DNA of 64,000 nt, taken from assembly GCF_009914755.1 (NCBI RefSeq), contig NC_060931.1. One strand, given 5' to 3'. The translations under genes and the position numbers were made by a program. Of this stretch, positions 1 to 13,215 are shown one piece after another (within the stretch, counting starts at the first letter, position 1; every line of letters starts with the position of its first letter). The notes below the pieces were generated by a model. It was not told the DNA's origin. It saw only the letters and a program-made list of their open reading frames with translations, and searched no databases. The stretch comes from the human T2T-CHM13v2.0 reference genome, Homo sapiens.

Positions 1-600
1 TTTTCTTCTCCCTTTGAAAAGGTAATTCATAACCTATGAATAAAAACGCTCTCTCTATAAACTTTCACACAATCTAAAGGTGTTTTTGTCATAGTCAGTT
101 GCCTATATTAATTCATCAAATAATTATTGTTATGACACTGAGGTAGGCTGGGGAAGAAGACATCATCTTTGCTGTCAAAAAATTTATAATTTAGTTGGTA
201 GAAAAAACATGTTATAATGGAAAGAAAATTAAATTTAATTAATGTATATAACTAAATCTGATGTGAGTGTCACTGGAGTAGGTCAAAAGAGGACAAGGTG
301 CCATAGATTCAAAAGTGATAGTCACCATGAAAGAGAGAACTGGAGTCAAATCTTTAGGATTTGGGCAGGTGACCAGGAAGAAGTCTGTCCAGGAGCTGCA
401 GCATAGCACAGACAAAGACTCAGACAGGAAAGAATGGTGTTTGAGGAAGGTAGTGACTCAACAAGATGGGTTGCAGCAGAGGAGTTAGGGTGAGCAACAG
501 GATAGCTTGGAAATTTCCATCTTTGACTTTTGAGAAGAACTTTGGGACAAAGCTCTTTGCTTAAGATTGGTATTGAGAAACAATAACATGCTAGCCACTC

Positions 601-869
<269 letters not shown>

Positions 870-875
870 CAACTC

Positions 876-1040
876 TTTATTGAGCACTTACTACATACAT
901 GACATTAGGTTAAAACTTCACATGCATTATCTCACTTAATAATAATAACTTTCAGGTAGGTATTATTGTACCTACCAACCAACCCTGTAAGTGGATGAGG
1001 CAGAATGAACCAAGGACAGTCTGCCTCTGAAGACCGTGCA
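876..1040 (-). mobile_element. MIR fragment
   Basis: TTTATTGAGCACTTACTA...CATGCATTATCTCACTTAAT...GGTAGGTATTATT resembles antisense MIR core. Confidence 0.65.
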
Positions 1041-1349
1041 GTTGCTCTGGCCATGAAATTCCATCTGTCTAAGATGAACAGAGCAGTCACTTTGCACATG
1101 TCATGTAAGTTTATAATGGTCCTCTGCACATTTCGGTGAGTATTGGTATTTTTGGCAAGTTTAATATTCGGAGTTACTACTAGCAAATTCTTAGAATTAC
1201 TAGATTTCAGGCATTTAGAAAGCCTCTATTTTACCATGAAATTCATTGTTATTTATTCTACACTTAAAGCAAGGGAGTGAAATCTCATAAATTAGATTGA
1301 AGTAATAATTATTAAGAACATCACAACTTCTAGGGATTGAATTAAAGTA

Positions 1350-1535
1350 TTTGCATTATTATTTCATTTTTCCCCAACAGATTGTGAATGAGGATGTTGT
1401 TATTCCCTTTGTATAGACAATAAGACTGCGATCAAAAGTATTTAAGTAGCTTATACAAGGGCATATAATTAGTGTGAGCAGAGCTGTGACTTGAATTCAG
1501 GTCCTTCAATTATAAGTCTAGTTCTTTCCCAACTA
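1350..1535 (-). mobile_element. MIR fragment
   Basis: TTATTCCCTTTGTATAGACAATAAGACTG...TAAGTAGCTTATACAAGGGCATATAATTAGTG...GACTTGAATTCAGGTC resembles antisense MIR. Confidence 0.6.
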
Positions 1536-1645
1536 CATTAGTCTATAAGTGGCCAAAAAGTACATATGAAACTTGGCATTTTATATGTATTGGAGTTACA
1601 TTAGACCTTAAGTGGCCATAGAGTAACAAATGAGACTTGGCATTT
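1534..1645. repeat. Diverged tandem duplication, 63-bp period, about 1.8 copies
   Basis: TACATTAGtctaTAAGTGGCCA...ACTTGGCATTT starts at 1534 and again at 1597. Confidence 0.85.
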
Positions 1646-2479
1646 GTGTTTACTACTAGTGAGTGTGAAAAGCCTAAGTAATTATCAAATACGAGGGATA
1701 ATTTGACAAAGTTAAGTCTCATTCAAACTGAAAGTTTGAATTTTCCATTTGTCTGGTTATTCTATGATTTGTCAACAAGTCAGGATAACAAATATTTATT
1801 GAATACCAATTTATTAGGTAAAAGTATATGCTAATGTAAAAAGAACTTTGTGCAAACGCTACACTAATGGAATAGAAAATATGGTTGAGGACAAGGCGAA
1901 AACCTATACAGTACAAGTGCGAGTAATCTCTGAGAAACGATTAAATGAATATTTTGAGGTGGGACATAACTAATATATCATAGGAATATTAAGGACTATG
2001 AGTGCAGAGGAAGAAAATATTTGTAGCTGCTGGAGTGGTCTTGGGAAATGTTAACATGAAATTTATTGTTATTAATGAAGGAAGTATTTGAACTACTCCT
2101 TGAGGGGAGGACTTGGAGAAATCAGAAAGAGCAAAAGCAGAGTGGTAAGGAAGTATGTGGTGTGCTCCAGGGAGCAGTTTGTCCAGAACCAATATTTAAA
2201 TACAGGGTAAAATCACAGAAGTGGGTCAGGGCCAGCTTGAGGAAGTCTTAAAGAAAAACTAAGAGGCCTGAATTTAATGATGCAGGAGGGATTGCAGTGC
2301 AGGGCTCTGCAGGTGCAGAGGAGTGGAGACAGGGAAGACTCTGGGAGACGAATTAAAACAGGAGAAGAGTAGAGACAAAGGTTCATTTGTTATAGAAAAT
2401 ACTGGGGAAATTGGATGAAATAACTAACACAAACTACAAAGTGATTGGAACAGGTCAGGTCCCCACAAGTTAAAGGGGG

Positions 2480-3150
2480 AAGAATAAATAGATAAATGGC
2501 ATTTCAAGTAAACAATCAGACAAATTTAATTTATCTGACATTCTGTAACACAAAGTAAACTGTCATGAAAACTAAATACTTGAGAGAAAAATTAAAAAGA
2601 TAAAAGAAACAGAGTAATTAACTACAAACACAACTTGTAAACTGTGATCGAATCATAGTTAACAAACAAAAAACCAAAAGCTGGGGGACTAGCAGAGAGA
2701 TTTGAATATAGACTGGATTTTAGGTAATATTAATGAACTGTCAATTTTTAGTTTTGATAATAATTTTGTGGTATAGTAAGAAAAAGTTCTTATTTTTAAG
2801 AGATATATACTGAGAAGTCTCATATGTGCCTTTTATTGTCAATTTTTTTCTGCAAAATATATGTATATGCATATGTGTATTTTTATTTGTATTCTATCTG
2901 TATCTATATTTACATGTAAACCTTTTCTATGGCTTTGTATGTATTTATATCTACATTCATACTCAGACCCATACTCATAGTCACCCCATCCCTATCTCTG
3001 TATATGTAGCTAGATCCAGATATGGATCTAGAAGAAGTATATGTGACATAATGTTAAAAAATTTTTGAATCTAGTTTATGGATGTACAGATGAGCAACGT
3101 GCTATTCTTATAATTTTTTGGTGTGTTCAAGATTTTTATAATAATAATTG
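2480..3150 (+). mobile_element. Old L1 (L1MC-like) 3' end with internal low-complexity tract
   Basis: GATTTGAATATAGACTGGATTTTAGGTAATATT...TCTTATTTTTAAGAGATATATACTGA...TGCTATTCTTTATAATTTTTTGGTGTGTTCAAGATTTTTATAATAA resembles the L1MC 3' UTR. Confidence 0.6.
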
Positions 3151-3960
3151 AGCTAGAGGGAAGGGGGATAAATAGGTCAGGACTTGGAGCCTAAAGGAGA
3201 AGCAGTGTGAGTGGAAAGGAGGAGCAGATGTGCAGTGATAATTGGTAGCACAGGGTGAGTTTTTTAACCCAAAGCATCAGAGGAGCCTCTTAGGTATGAG
3301 TTTTGGCATTAAGGCCTTACTGATTGGCTGTGGCCACATTTTGAATAAGGGCAGGAATGTCTTTAGAGAAAGTAAGTTTGAGGGAGAGAATGTACTTGTT
3401 TTCAGATGGGTTTTGTTTCCAGTGAATATGAGCTTTCCAATTGAACCTTGTTGGAGGAAGGTTGTCCAGACTCTGAGAAGATCAGAGCTAGAGATGCCAA
3501 TTCCATAGTCAGACACAGCAGATGGCAGTCGAAATCATGAAATTGGATGAAAATTATGAGTAAAGAAGTGTGCAAAAGGAAAACTGAGAAAAACCCTAAG
3601 AAATGCCCATATTTAGGTGGTGGAAAGAAAAAGTGAGGAGAGCAAAGCAGACAAAGCAGGCCAAACCAGAAGGGAAAAGATAGTGTCATGTGGAGAAGTG
3701 GAGGGAGCACACAGCCCATGGTGAACACACCATGCATCTTTTTGAATGAATGAATGAATGGAGTTGTACAAAAGAGTGAGGGTCATTAAAGTAAAGATAA
3801 AGAGAACAGTAAAGACAATTGCAGAGTGAATGAAAGGCATTTGGGATTAGGAGTTGAGAGGTTATTTTAAACTCAGACTAAAGGTTTGGTGGAGGCTGTT
3901 GCAATGGTTCATTGTGGAAGCAAAAGCCAGCACGAGAAAGTGGGGAAGCTGAGTAGTAGA
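3150..3960 (-). mobile_element. L2 fragment(s)
   Basis: Purine-rich tract with L2-like motifs (GGAGGAAGGTTGTCCAG, GGATGAAAATTATGAG, GAAATGCCCATATTTAGG, GGCATTTGGGATTAG). Confidence 0.5.
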
Positions 3961-4479
3961 GGGCTCCTCAGTGCAGTTTGGGGATAGGAAGACCTGGATT
4001 CAAGTCATGACTCTTAACTCTATAACTGCCTTCCCTGGGCTTCAGTTGTCTATTTCCCTAAAAAAGTGGGGTAGGCTAAGTGATGTCCAACATTTCTTAA
4101 AGCACTCACATTCCACTGGCCCTTCAGCTGTTTTAAAATATATATTTAGAGAAGACTGTCCCAATCCATATTGTAGTGTCATTTTCAGCTTCCTATGTGT
4201 CACAGTTGCTTTGACTATAGAGTCCCTATGTAGAAATAGAATTATCCTATTCTTTTTTTGGCAACCTCACTGATTTACAATGAAATTATTGGAATGGTCA
4301 ATAGATACATCCATATAGCATTTTGACATAAGCAAAATGTAACTTGACTGAATAGTAAAATAATACTGTAATTTTTTATTTCCAATTTCAAAGATTATTT
4401 TAAAGAACTGAGGAGATGATATATTATGTTGCTATGCATTGGCAATTTCTGGTAGGAAGTTAGGGGGAAGATCAACTCA

Positions 4480-4960
4480 AATTCTGAAACTTTACTCCAT
4501 TATAAACTTTTCTACATCCTATTAGTTCCAAATATGCAGAAAGGGATTGTGCAGATGATACCATTCTGCTTAAATGACAAACCTGGAATGATGAATGCTT
4601 TTCCTGGTCAATTAACCCCTGCCAAAGCTCTCAGTGACTAAAAGAAATGCTGTGGAACACAGTCTCAAGTAGACTATAAAATATACAATTAGAGGTCTTC
4701 TGAAGAGGATAGTGTTCCATTAGAAATCTACCAGCTCCTTTTAACTCTATGGGTCCCTATTTCTCAGAACTTTTACCAGAGGTTTGTTCAGAAACTGGCT
4801 CATCACCAGTTTTCTTAACAAAGCTTTCAGATCTTTGTTATCACACAAAGAGATAAAGAGTCTGAAATCCTCCTTATGATTCAGGCATCATCTGTTATCC
4901 TAGATCAATGTCAAGCTAAAGATTTTTGGAAAGGATTTTGGCAAAGTGTAATTGTAGATT
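4480..4960 (+). mobile_element. Putative ancient RTE-class LINE (L4-like) reverse-transcriptase remnant
   Basis: TGTGCAGATGATACCATTCTGCTT translates to CADDTILL (YADD-like RT motif), followed by degenerate EHSLK and SF-NSMGPYF motifs in the expected order. Broken by stops and frameshifts. Confidence 0.35.
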
Positions 4961-5739
4961 AACCCCACAGCCTTCCATTAGATAAATGGCATAATGGGAA
5001 GTTTCAAACAATGAGTCAGAGGACTGGGCTCTGATCTTGAGAAAGCTGATTTTCTCTATGACCTTCAATTAGTTATATAATCTTTTTGTCTGTGAATCTT
5101 TTATCTAATCTGTGATATATGGTAACTACTTTTTTGTTTGTTGGTTGAGGACTATAGGAAATACAAGATGTTATTTTTTCTCATATGTTGGGAAGACCCA
5201 TTCTTTCTGCATTTCTTCTAAGGGACCTCTTTCTCCTTAAGCACGTGGACTTCACTGGCAAACAAAGGATGTATTTAACCTGATGAGGAAAGTCAATTCT
5301 GAAAAAAAAAAGAACATTTTAATAAGGAAAGTGCTGGTAGTGACCTCATATTGAGTGTAATGAAGCATGGTTGGATATACATCATAAATTATGCATCTTT
5401 GGGCCTTAGTCTATTCCAAACTGCAACTTTGTTGAACCTCATGGACTATAATTCTGATGTGTCAGTGGGATATACTCATTGTCATGCAGTTTACTTTTTT
5501 TTTTTTTTTGGCAACTTCAAATACTTACCTTACTCCAGATCTAACTTTCTGCTGAGGGTAGCTTGCCACCCACCTTGGATTCCATTACTTTCTCACTGCC
5601 ATGAGGGACTCCTTTCCAAGCACTTGAATTTTCATTTTTTTTCTTTTAAATTACTCCTTACAATGACTGATAAGAGATAGGATTCATTAGCACACTTTGC
5701 TAGTACTTTGTGCTAATATTACACTGAAGTCAGGTCATA

Positions 5740-6250
5740 TGAAATCAAAGTGTTCTTTAATTGTCCATTTTGCACATTCAACATGTTGCATATGGCCCTT
5801 CAGGATCTGGTCCTTGATAATGTCTTCTACTATTTTTAAGGCATATTTCACTCTGATTTTATGCCTTAATAACAGTAAAGTAGTAATTTCTCCCATGCGA
5901 TGTGGTGTTTATCACCTGCAAGCCATTATCCATGCTTCTCTTATTCTTGGGACACTTTTTCTGGGCACTCTGCCTACTTACCTTCTATTCTTCCTATACA
6001 CCTCTGCTCAGACTCCCTCTTTACCAGGGTCTTTTTCCTGACATCCTCATTCCTTTAAGCATAAGGACAAAGAGCCTCTCTGGGTGTTCTTTGAATATCC
6101 TGTGAACGCCTCTGACTTTATGCCCCCACCTTGTTTATATTTCTGTTTATGTCTATTATATTAATTAGACAATGATATTCTGCAGATCATTCCAATACCC
6201 AGCCCAGTGCTTGGCACACAGTAAATGGCTAATATACATTTAAGTGAATT
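5740..6250 (+). mobile_element. L2 3' fragment
   Basis: Ends in CCCAGCCCAGTGCTTGGCACACAGTAAATGGCTAATATACATTTAAGTGAAT, an L2 3' terminus. Confidence 0.6.
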
Positions 6251-9200
6251 GGCCTACTTGGAAGAAGAAAAAGATTCAGATTAGTGGCCATTTTTATGTA
6301 TATTTGATGTCCAGCAACTATTATTTACATACCTGGGAACTCATGCATGACCTCGGGCAAGGTAACAAGGGAATGCTCATTCGGTAAATGAGGCAGAATA
6401 AAAAACTACTTGTTAGTCTAGAAATTAAGGCCATATATAGATAGGCAAGTCTATATGGGAGGAGAAAAGAACTCAGGGGAAATAGGTAATGAAATAAGCC
6501 TCTTAAATATGCAATGTTCTTCAGTTAATATCTCATATAAAACAAAGAAAAGACTTCCAAGCCTTCAATATTCTAAGTTGCCATGGCAGCAGCACCATCA
6601 CTCTTGGCTCTTTGAGTAGTAGGATCGCAGGGGGAGAAAGGCCTGACACTAGTAGGCAGAATGCCAAGGGGCTGGGAGAGGTTACTGAAGCATTTTATTA
6701 CTGACACTGAAGAAATGATTATAGATCATGAAGCAGGAGAACCTACCATACCGTGGCAATGAGATTCATTGGTTTCCAGAGAGTTGCATTTTGACTTTTA
6801 AAAGGAGATTTTAAAAAATGATAGTCAAATTGCACTTCAATGGATTAAAAAAAATAACCATTTTAAAAGCAGAAGGGTAGAAGCTGCTAGAGAGTGTATT
6901 CAAATCCATGCTTCTTAGCAACCAGACCAGATTTCATCCATAAAAGAAAGCCAGAGGTACAATAAAAAAAGCCTCTTTGGTTCTCTAGAGAATATAAAGG
7001 CATATTAGAAAAAAAGAAGCACTTTGAGATCTGTGGATAAAAGGCACTATATGGGCATAAAGTATATTACAAAAAGAGAAGGACAAGGAAGAAGTGATGT
7101 CTAGACTGGGCAGGTTATCTTGGGTACGTATGAGAATAATTGCCAAAGTCAAAATGAGAGATCATGACAACTAGAATCATTAGAGTGTTCAGAAGTTAGT
7201 ATTATTTTAAAACATAACAGATATATATTTTTTCCTGAATCAAAGCAAAATAAATGTAAAGGGAAAATAGAGAATATGTGGATTACTTAGTAACTACATA
7301 CTATTTCCTCAAAAGATTTTCACAGTGAAGAGAAATGAAAAAGTGCAAAGAAAAAACGTCACTAACATGTTACAGAGTTTGATGTTATCTATCTTCGAAG
7401 TTTCAGTGAAATTCTACACAGTAATTGATTCTTTCTGATTCAGCCAAGTAGGAAACATTAGAACATTTTATGCATAGGTGTTTTTTTTTTTTTTTAGATA
7501 ATGTATGGTTAGAAGAGTCATCACAAACAAAAAAGCAAAAACCAAACTAAACCAAAAACCCAAACCCAACAACAATCAAACATTTAAGAGGAAAGTCAGG
7601 GACAAGAATGTAGTTTCTGGTGATAGGATAAGAAAAATTACAAGTTAAACTAGAACTCTCATTTTCTCTAAATTAAGCCAGCCCTTTTTGTGTATGTATA
7701 AAAAAAAAAGAACTGGGGGGTATGAAAGAAATGATTCTTTTCATGTACTATAATCAATGCAGAGATTATCTTCAGGAAGATTCAACAATGTTCTTGAGTG
7801 GTATACAAAAAGCCTGATGTATTTGAAAGAAAATAAATATAAATGAATGTTTTCTGGATAAATGAAGAAGCAAAGCTTGGAAGTAGAATGTGTAAATTTA
7901 GCAGAGATTTGACGCGTATGTTTGAACAGACGGTGGTGCAGTTGTTCTCGTCCGAGGTTATTTTATGAAAGCTGCATTTTCCCTTGAAGCCAGACCCCGT
8001 ATGGGGTTGAGATGACGAAAGCCTCATGTATCTCACTATCATTAGGCTAATGAGATTGGTCAAGGCCACAGGCATTCTAGATCTTGGCAAAATTTAAGAT
8101 AAATCTAGTAAATTCTTCTAATAGCTTTGTGCTGTTTTTGGAAAGAAGGAGAAAGATAAGAAATGAATAAAAACAAATTTTCGAATACAAAAGATTCCAT
8201 TTCTGAAATACTGTTCCATTATGAAAATGATTGATATTAAGATAGATTATTTACCCCCATTGTTATAAAATTTTATGGTCACAGAAATAATTTAAACCAG
8301 GTATTTGTAAAAAATCCAATATGTAAACACAAATATTAGGAACATTTGTTTTTTAAGCATTCCCTTTGTACCCAAAACTTTCCAGTTTTTATAGTGAAGA
8401 GTTTTGAAAATTATGGTGGATGGACATTGAAAATGGGTTAGTTTAGCTGTGAAAAAGTTTATTTTTGAGCTGAGACCAACTGTTGGAAATTATAGACAAT
8501 TTGTAACTACTAAGAAAAGTGAATTGGTGGGAGCCATAATGAATGCTTTCTGATAGGAGGCTTATAATGACTTACATGCAGTTGGGGGAGATATTTCATT
8601 TAAAATCTTTGGGCAGGTTTTCATAGCTAGTTAAAAATAATGCAAACTGATTTTAAGTTTGGTGTGTTAATATTACAAGCTGTTATGTATATAAGTCATC
8701 GAGATTACTAAAATTGCTCTTTATATTGGTAGGAAATAACTCCATAGTATTGTCTGTAAAGTAGAGGCCACTGGGTGAAAAATGCTTTGATTGCTGTCCA
8801 AACGCTGAAGTTATAATACAGTGCAGAGCAATGCCCAATAATAAATGGAAGTACCATCTGCAGTATATTACAAATGAGTCACTTTAAAGCCTTGTGTGGG
8901 ACTTTTTAAAACACAGTTGTAGCTGCACAAAGTAAAGTGGGGAGTTTAGAAATTGCCTGGTGCTTTTATCAGCTCAAGCAGCTACTATAGATAATTTAGG
9001 TCCTACAACCTTTTGCCTCTGTGAGAATTAGATATTCTTGGCCTGAATAGCTTATATATAGCTTTAAGTTCATATATCTCTTGATTTGGTTGTACTGTGC
9101 TAAAGAGGCCAAGATGGGTGGATTGGTGAACATTTTACTCCCCCACATTTCACCCTTGGGTCTTAAGAAAAAAGCATACTATTAATTTTGCCAGAATAAC

Positions 9201-9881
9201 TTCTGTTGTAAGGCATACTGATGGTTGTTCAGACGCATCACGTTGACATAATACTATGATAATAGATGCCATCAGAGGGTGACATTCTAGTTCTGGGTCC
9301 TGTGCTTCATTAAGAGACTTCACCTGGAAAGTTTTTCCTACTAAGACATGTTCTAAGATATAATAATTAAATTATTATTGAATTTAATTCAATCCAATAC
9401 TGAAAAACTAATTGAAGAATTAAAACTGTACAGTGTTTTATAATGTCTCACTATTCTCAAGATATTTAATGATACATTTTATGTCCAGGATTGGATATTG
9501 TTTCAGGTGCAATGCTTCCTCATGGGAGCTCCCAAGTTGCAATACATTCCCACCAGTGCTCCCCATGCTGACCAAAGGAAAACAACAGCAAAGATTTTGA
9601 GGAAGTAATGCAAACAGAACTAAAGACAGTTGGCATAACATTTATAAAAATGTTCTACAAGCATATACGTAATAAAATCCATCATTCAACATTCTAAGTT
9701 GTCATTTTACGAGGAAAAGAAACATGCCCAATGTAATTAAAACTACTGAACTTTTATGTCTTGAGTTTTTCAGTTCTCTTGTTGCCTTTGATACTACTGA
9801 GCCAAAGTCAAACTATTGAAGATTATGCATAATTTGACTTCACTTTATTGTTTGAAATTACAAATGCTGGGTTTTTTCTCC

Positions 9882-10667
9882 TTTTTTAACTTTTAACCTT
9901 TAAGTTCAGGGGTATAAGTTCAGGTTTGTTAAATAAATAAACTTGTGTCATGGGAGTTTGTTGTACAGGATATTTCATCACCAGGCATTAAGCCTAGTAC
10001 CCATCAGTTATTTTTCCTGATCCTCTCCCTCCTTTCACCCTCCACCCTCTGAAAGGCCTCAGTATGTGTTGTTCCCCTCTATGTGTTCATGTGTTCTCAT
10101 CATCTAGTTCCCACTTATAAGTGAGAACATGTGGTATTTGGTTTTCTGTTCCTGTGTTAGTTTGCTAAGGATAATGGCCTCTAGTGCCATGTATGTCCCT
10201 GCAAAGGACATGACCTCATTCTTCTTTTATGGCTGCATAGTATTCTATGGTTTATATGTACCACATTTTCTTTATCCAGTCTATCATTGATGGGCATTTA
10301 GGTTAATTCCATAGTTTTGTTATCATGAATAGTGCTGTAATAAACATACATGTGCATGCGTCTTTATAATAGAATGAAAATTAACTCAAGATGGATTAAA
10401 GACTTAAATGTAAAATCCCAAGCTGTAAAAACCTGGAAGACATCCTAGGCAATACCATTCAGGACATAGGGATCGGGAAAGATTTCATGATGAAGATGCC
10501 AAAAGCAATGGCAACAAAATCAAAAATTGACAAATGGAATCTAATTAAACTAAAGAGCTGCACAGCAAAATAAACTATCAGCAGAGTAAACAGATAACCT
10601 TCAGAATGGGGGAAATTTTTTGTAAACTATGCATCCAACAAAGGTCTAATATCCAGCATCTATAAGG
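9882..10667 (-). mobile_element. L1PA13-like 5'-truncated L1 with inverted segment
   Basis: 9882-~10377 is antisense L1 3' UTR/ORF2 end; ~10378-10667 is sense ORF2 (TTAACTCAAGATGGATTAAAGAC...CATCTATAAGG). Approximate TSD GGT(n)CT at 9870-9879 and 10666-10678. Confidence 0.9.
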
Positions 10668-12260
10668 TTTTTTTTTCTAGTATGGTGCTAATAATAGGAT
10701 TAGCACTTTTCAACTTTTATTTTTGACAGCTTTGTTGATTTGTTTTATTCTTAGTATGTCCACGAAATGACCACTTAAAGGATTTTAACAGTTTTCGGTC
10801 ACCACAATGTTGATAGCACTTGCAGGTGCTGTGGTCAACATCCAGAAAGCCATGGATTATTGGATATTCCAGGTGTCAATCCATTTAATTCTATTCTATT
10901 CTTTAATTTCTAACATTCTCTTATTAGAAGCAAGTTATACCTTAGAAGTGTTGTTAGGACACAGCACTAAAAACTATAATTCCAATTTCCATGTGTCTTT
11001 ATTTTATTTCAAATGTATTTGATCAAGATGAGTATTACATTTTTGTAATAATAAATGTCCTCAGTTTTCTGGTCTGAAGGAGGACACCATTATTCATGTG
11101 TAGGTTATAGGGTATTCTTTACTGTGCCTGAGATAGCTAAAATATTGATAAAGATTTAGAGATTCCTGTAAGTTCAGCTTTGAGACCTTATGTCTGCCAT
11201 TCAGGGAGCGTCCATCAGATGGCTGTGGTAACTTGAAAATTGCCATATACTTCCTTTTCTCTCCAGGGGCTGAGTGTTTACTAATAATTAAAATTTTCTT
11301 CCTCCAATTAATTTATTTAAAATAAATATATTGAATTAAGAAAATCTTATGATGACTAACCAACTAATTTTAGCTTGAAGCAAGATTGAAGATTTAAAAC
11401 ATCTCATGGCTTTTCCAGCAGTAGTTTTCTATCAATATTTTATACGTTGATTGCAATTTACTTCTATATTGGCATTCTTGATTCCATTGCTTACCTGTTT
11501 ACATTCAAGTAGATGTATAACTTTATGTCTTTGGCTCTTTTTCTCTGGTAGCCTCATTTCTGACTACTTCGAGGGTTGCTTGGCAGTGGTGAGTGGGAAA
11601 TCAGTCACTTTAAGGGTTATCCTTTGATTTTTCTCACTTATATGCTTAGCGGCTAGTCTTGTCTATTTCCCAAATGCAGCAACTGGCACAGTGACTGGAG
11701 CATGGAATCTGTTCTTATCGCCTTATGATTCTTCTGAATTAGAAAGCATTCTCCTCAAAGATGGCAGCTGTGTGGCTAGCTTTCTCCTTGTAAGTTAATA
11801 TACTGTTGCCTTAACTTACTCTCAAATTTCCCCTCCCATGAGAATTTCCGTGGTGTAGAGCTGTAATTGTAAAGTAGGGCTTCTAAGGCCCCTAGAAATA
11901 TTGTAGTTTGTTAGAAGATTTTGAATATATCTTTCTAGAATTTTATTGAACCACAGTCTACTTAGATGAGCATTCTAATAATCAAGTACCTAGTGAAAAG
12001 GAAACATGACAAATATATTTTTGGGGCAGATTATTTACTGCTCTGTGCATTATTACATCACTTCAGCCACAAGAGTATGGATGATTCTTTTTCAAATTGT
12101 AATTAATTCATGTGTTGAGAATGTGGGAAACTACTTCATGAAATTTTACAAATATTATCAGTGATGCATCCATGTGCTTCTACATGCAACCAAACTCACA
12201 TAAAATCAATTAATAATGAAGTTAATACAACCATAATGTATCATTAAAATAAAAGTAACA

Positions 12261-12537
12261 GGCCGGGCATGGTGGCTCACGCCTGTAATCCCGTCACTTT
12301 GGGAGGATGAGGCAGGTGGATTACGAGGTCAGGAGATGGAGGCCATCCTGGCTAACATGGTGAAACACTGTGTCTACTAAAAATACAAAAAGCCGGATGT
12401 GGTGGCATGCGCCTGTAATCCCAGCTACTCAGGAGGCTGAGGCAGGGGAATCACTTGAACCCAGGAGGCGGAGATTGCAGTGAGCCAAGATCGTGCCACT
12501 GTAGCCTAGAGACAGAGCGAGAGTCCATCTCAAAAAA
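12261..12537 (+). mobile_element. AluS (Sc-like) SINE
   Basis: GGCCGGGCATGGTGGCTCACGCCTGTAATCCC start, GGATTACGAGGTCAGGAGAT...CCATCCTGGCTAAC, short A tail. Confidence 0.95.
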
Positions 12538-13215
12538 GACATCCTTGTTGATGATCTCACAATAGAGTTTCCTTCTTTAGAATTATGCGGATGTGAAAGC
12601 GCACACACATTGTACTACAGTGTTGCGTGACAACCGAATTTCTCAGTAGAATACTGAATTTCAGCCTCAGTAAGCTCTAATGATCTTCTAACATTCATTT
12701 ATAAAACCCAAACTTTAGAAACACTTAACAAACCACTCAACAGGATGTTTAGTAACGTTTAACAATTTGCAAAAAATAATTGCCAATTACCCAGAAGACC
12801 TGAAAAAAGAATTCGTAATTTTTATACAGCCCATGGTTCATCAAGCTGAACCTTGCATGAGCTGACAACAATGCATGTTTGACAGTCTCTCTTGAGTTGA
12901 ACCCTCTTTTTGTGGATGACAAAACTGAGGTCTGCGGAAGGAAGGTTCTTGTCAGTTGTAGTAAAGTTAAATATTTTTCAATTTTTTGTGTGAAGTATTT
13001 GCTTAAGAATTTGAAGTCCAGGTTATATGCTGGGCCAGTTTCCTTATTTATGAAAACACCTTTGCTTAAGAGCATCTGTAAATAGAGATTTCTTCCTATT
13101 ATGGGGTCATTTATTCCATTATAGGGTAATTCTGATTGTTTGAAAGTTGAGTCTGATGTGAGGCTGAAATCGAATCTGTCTCATGACAATTTCTATTTAT
13201 TTTTTCATTTCCTGG

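Noticed and set aside
3010-3031. 9-bp-stem palindrome CTAGATCCA-GATA-TGGATCTAG
   Set aside because: Sits in a degenerate self-complementary low-complexity tract inside an old L1; expected by chance.
5521-5531. ATACTTACCT matching the U1 snRNA 5' end
   Set aside because: Similarity stops after 10 nt; equally a chance minus-strand splice-donor consensus with no identifiable exon.
9497-9610. Possible exon after the TTGTTTCAG acceptor
   Set aside because: Weak donor, no recognisable peptide in any frame, no partner exons.
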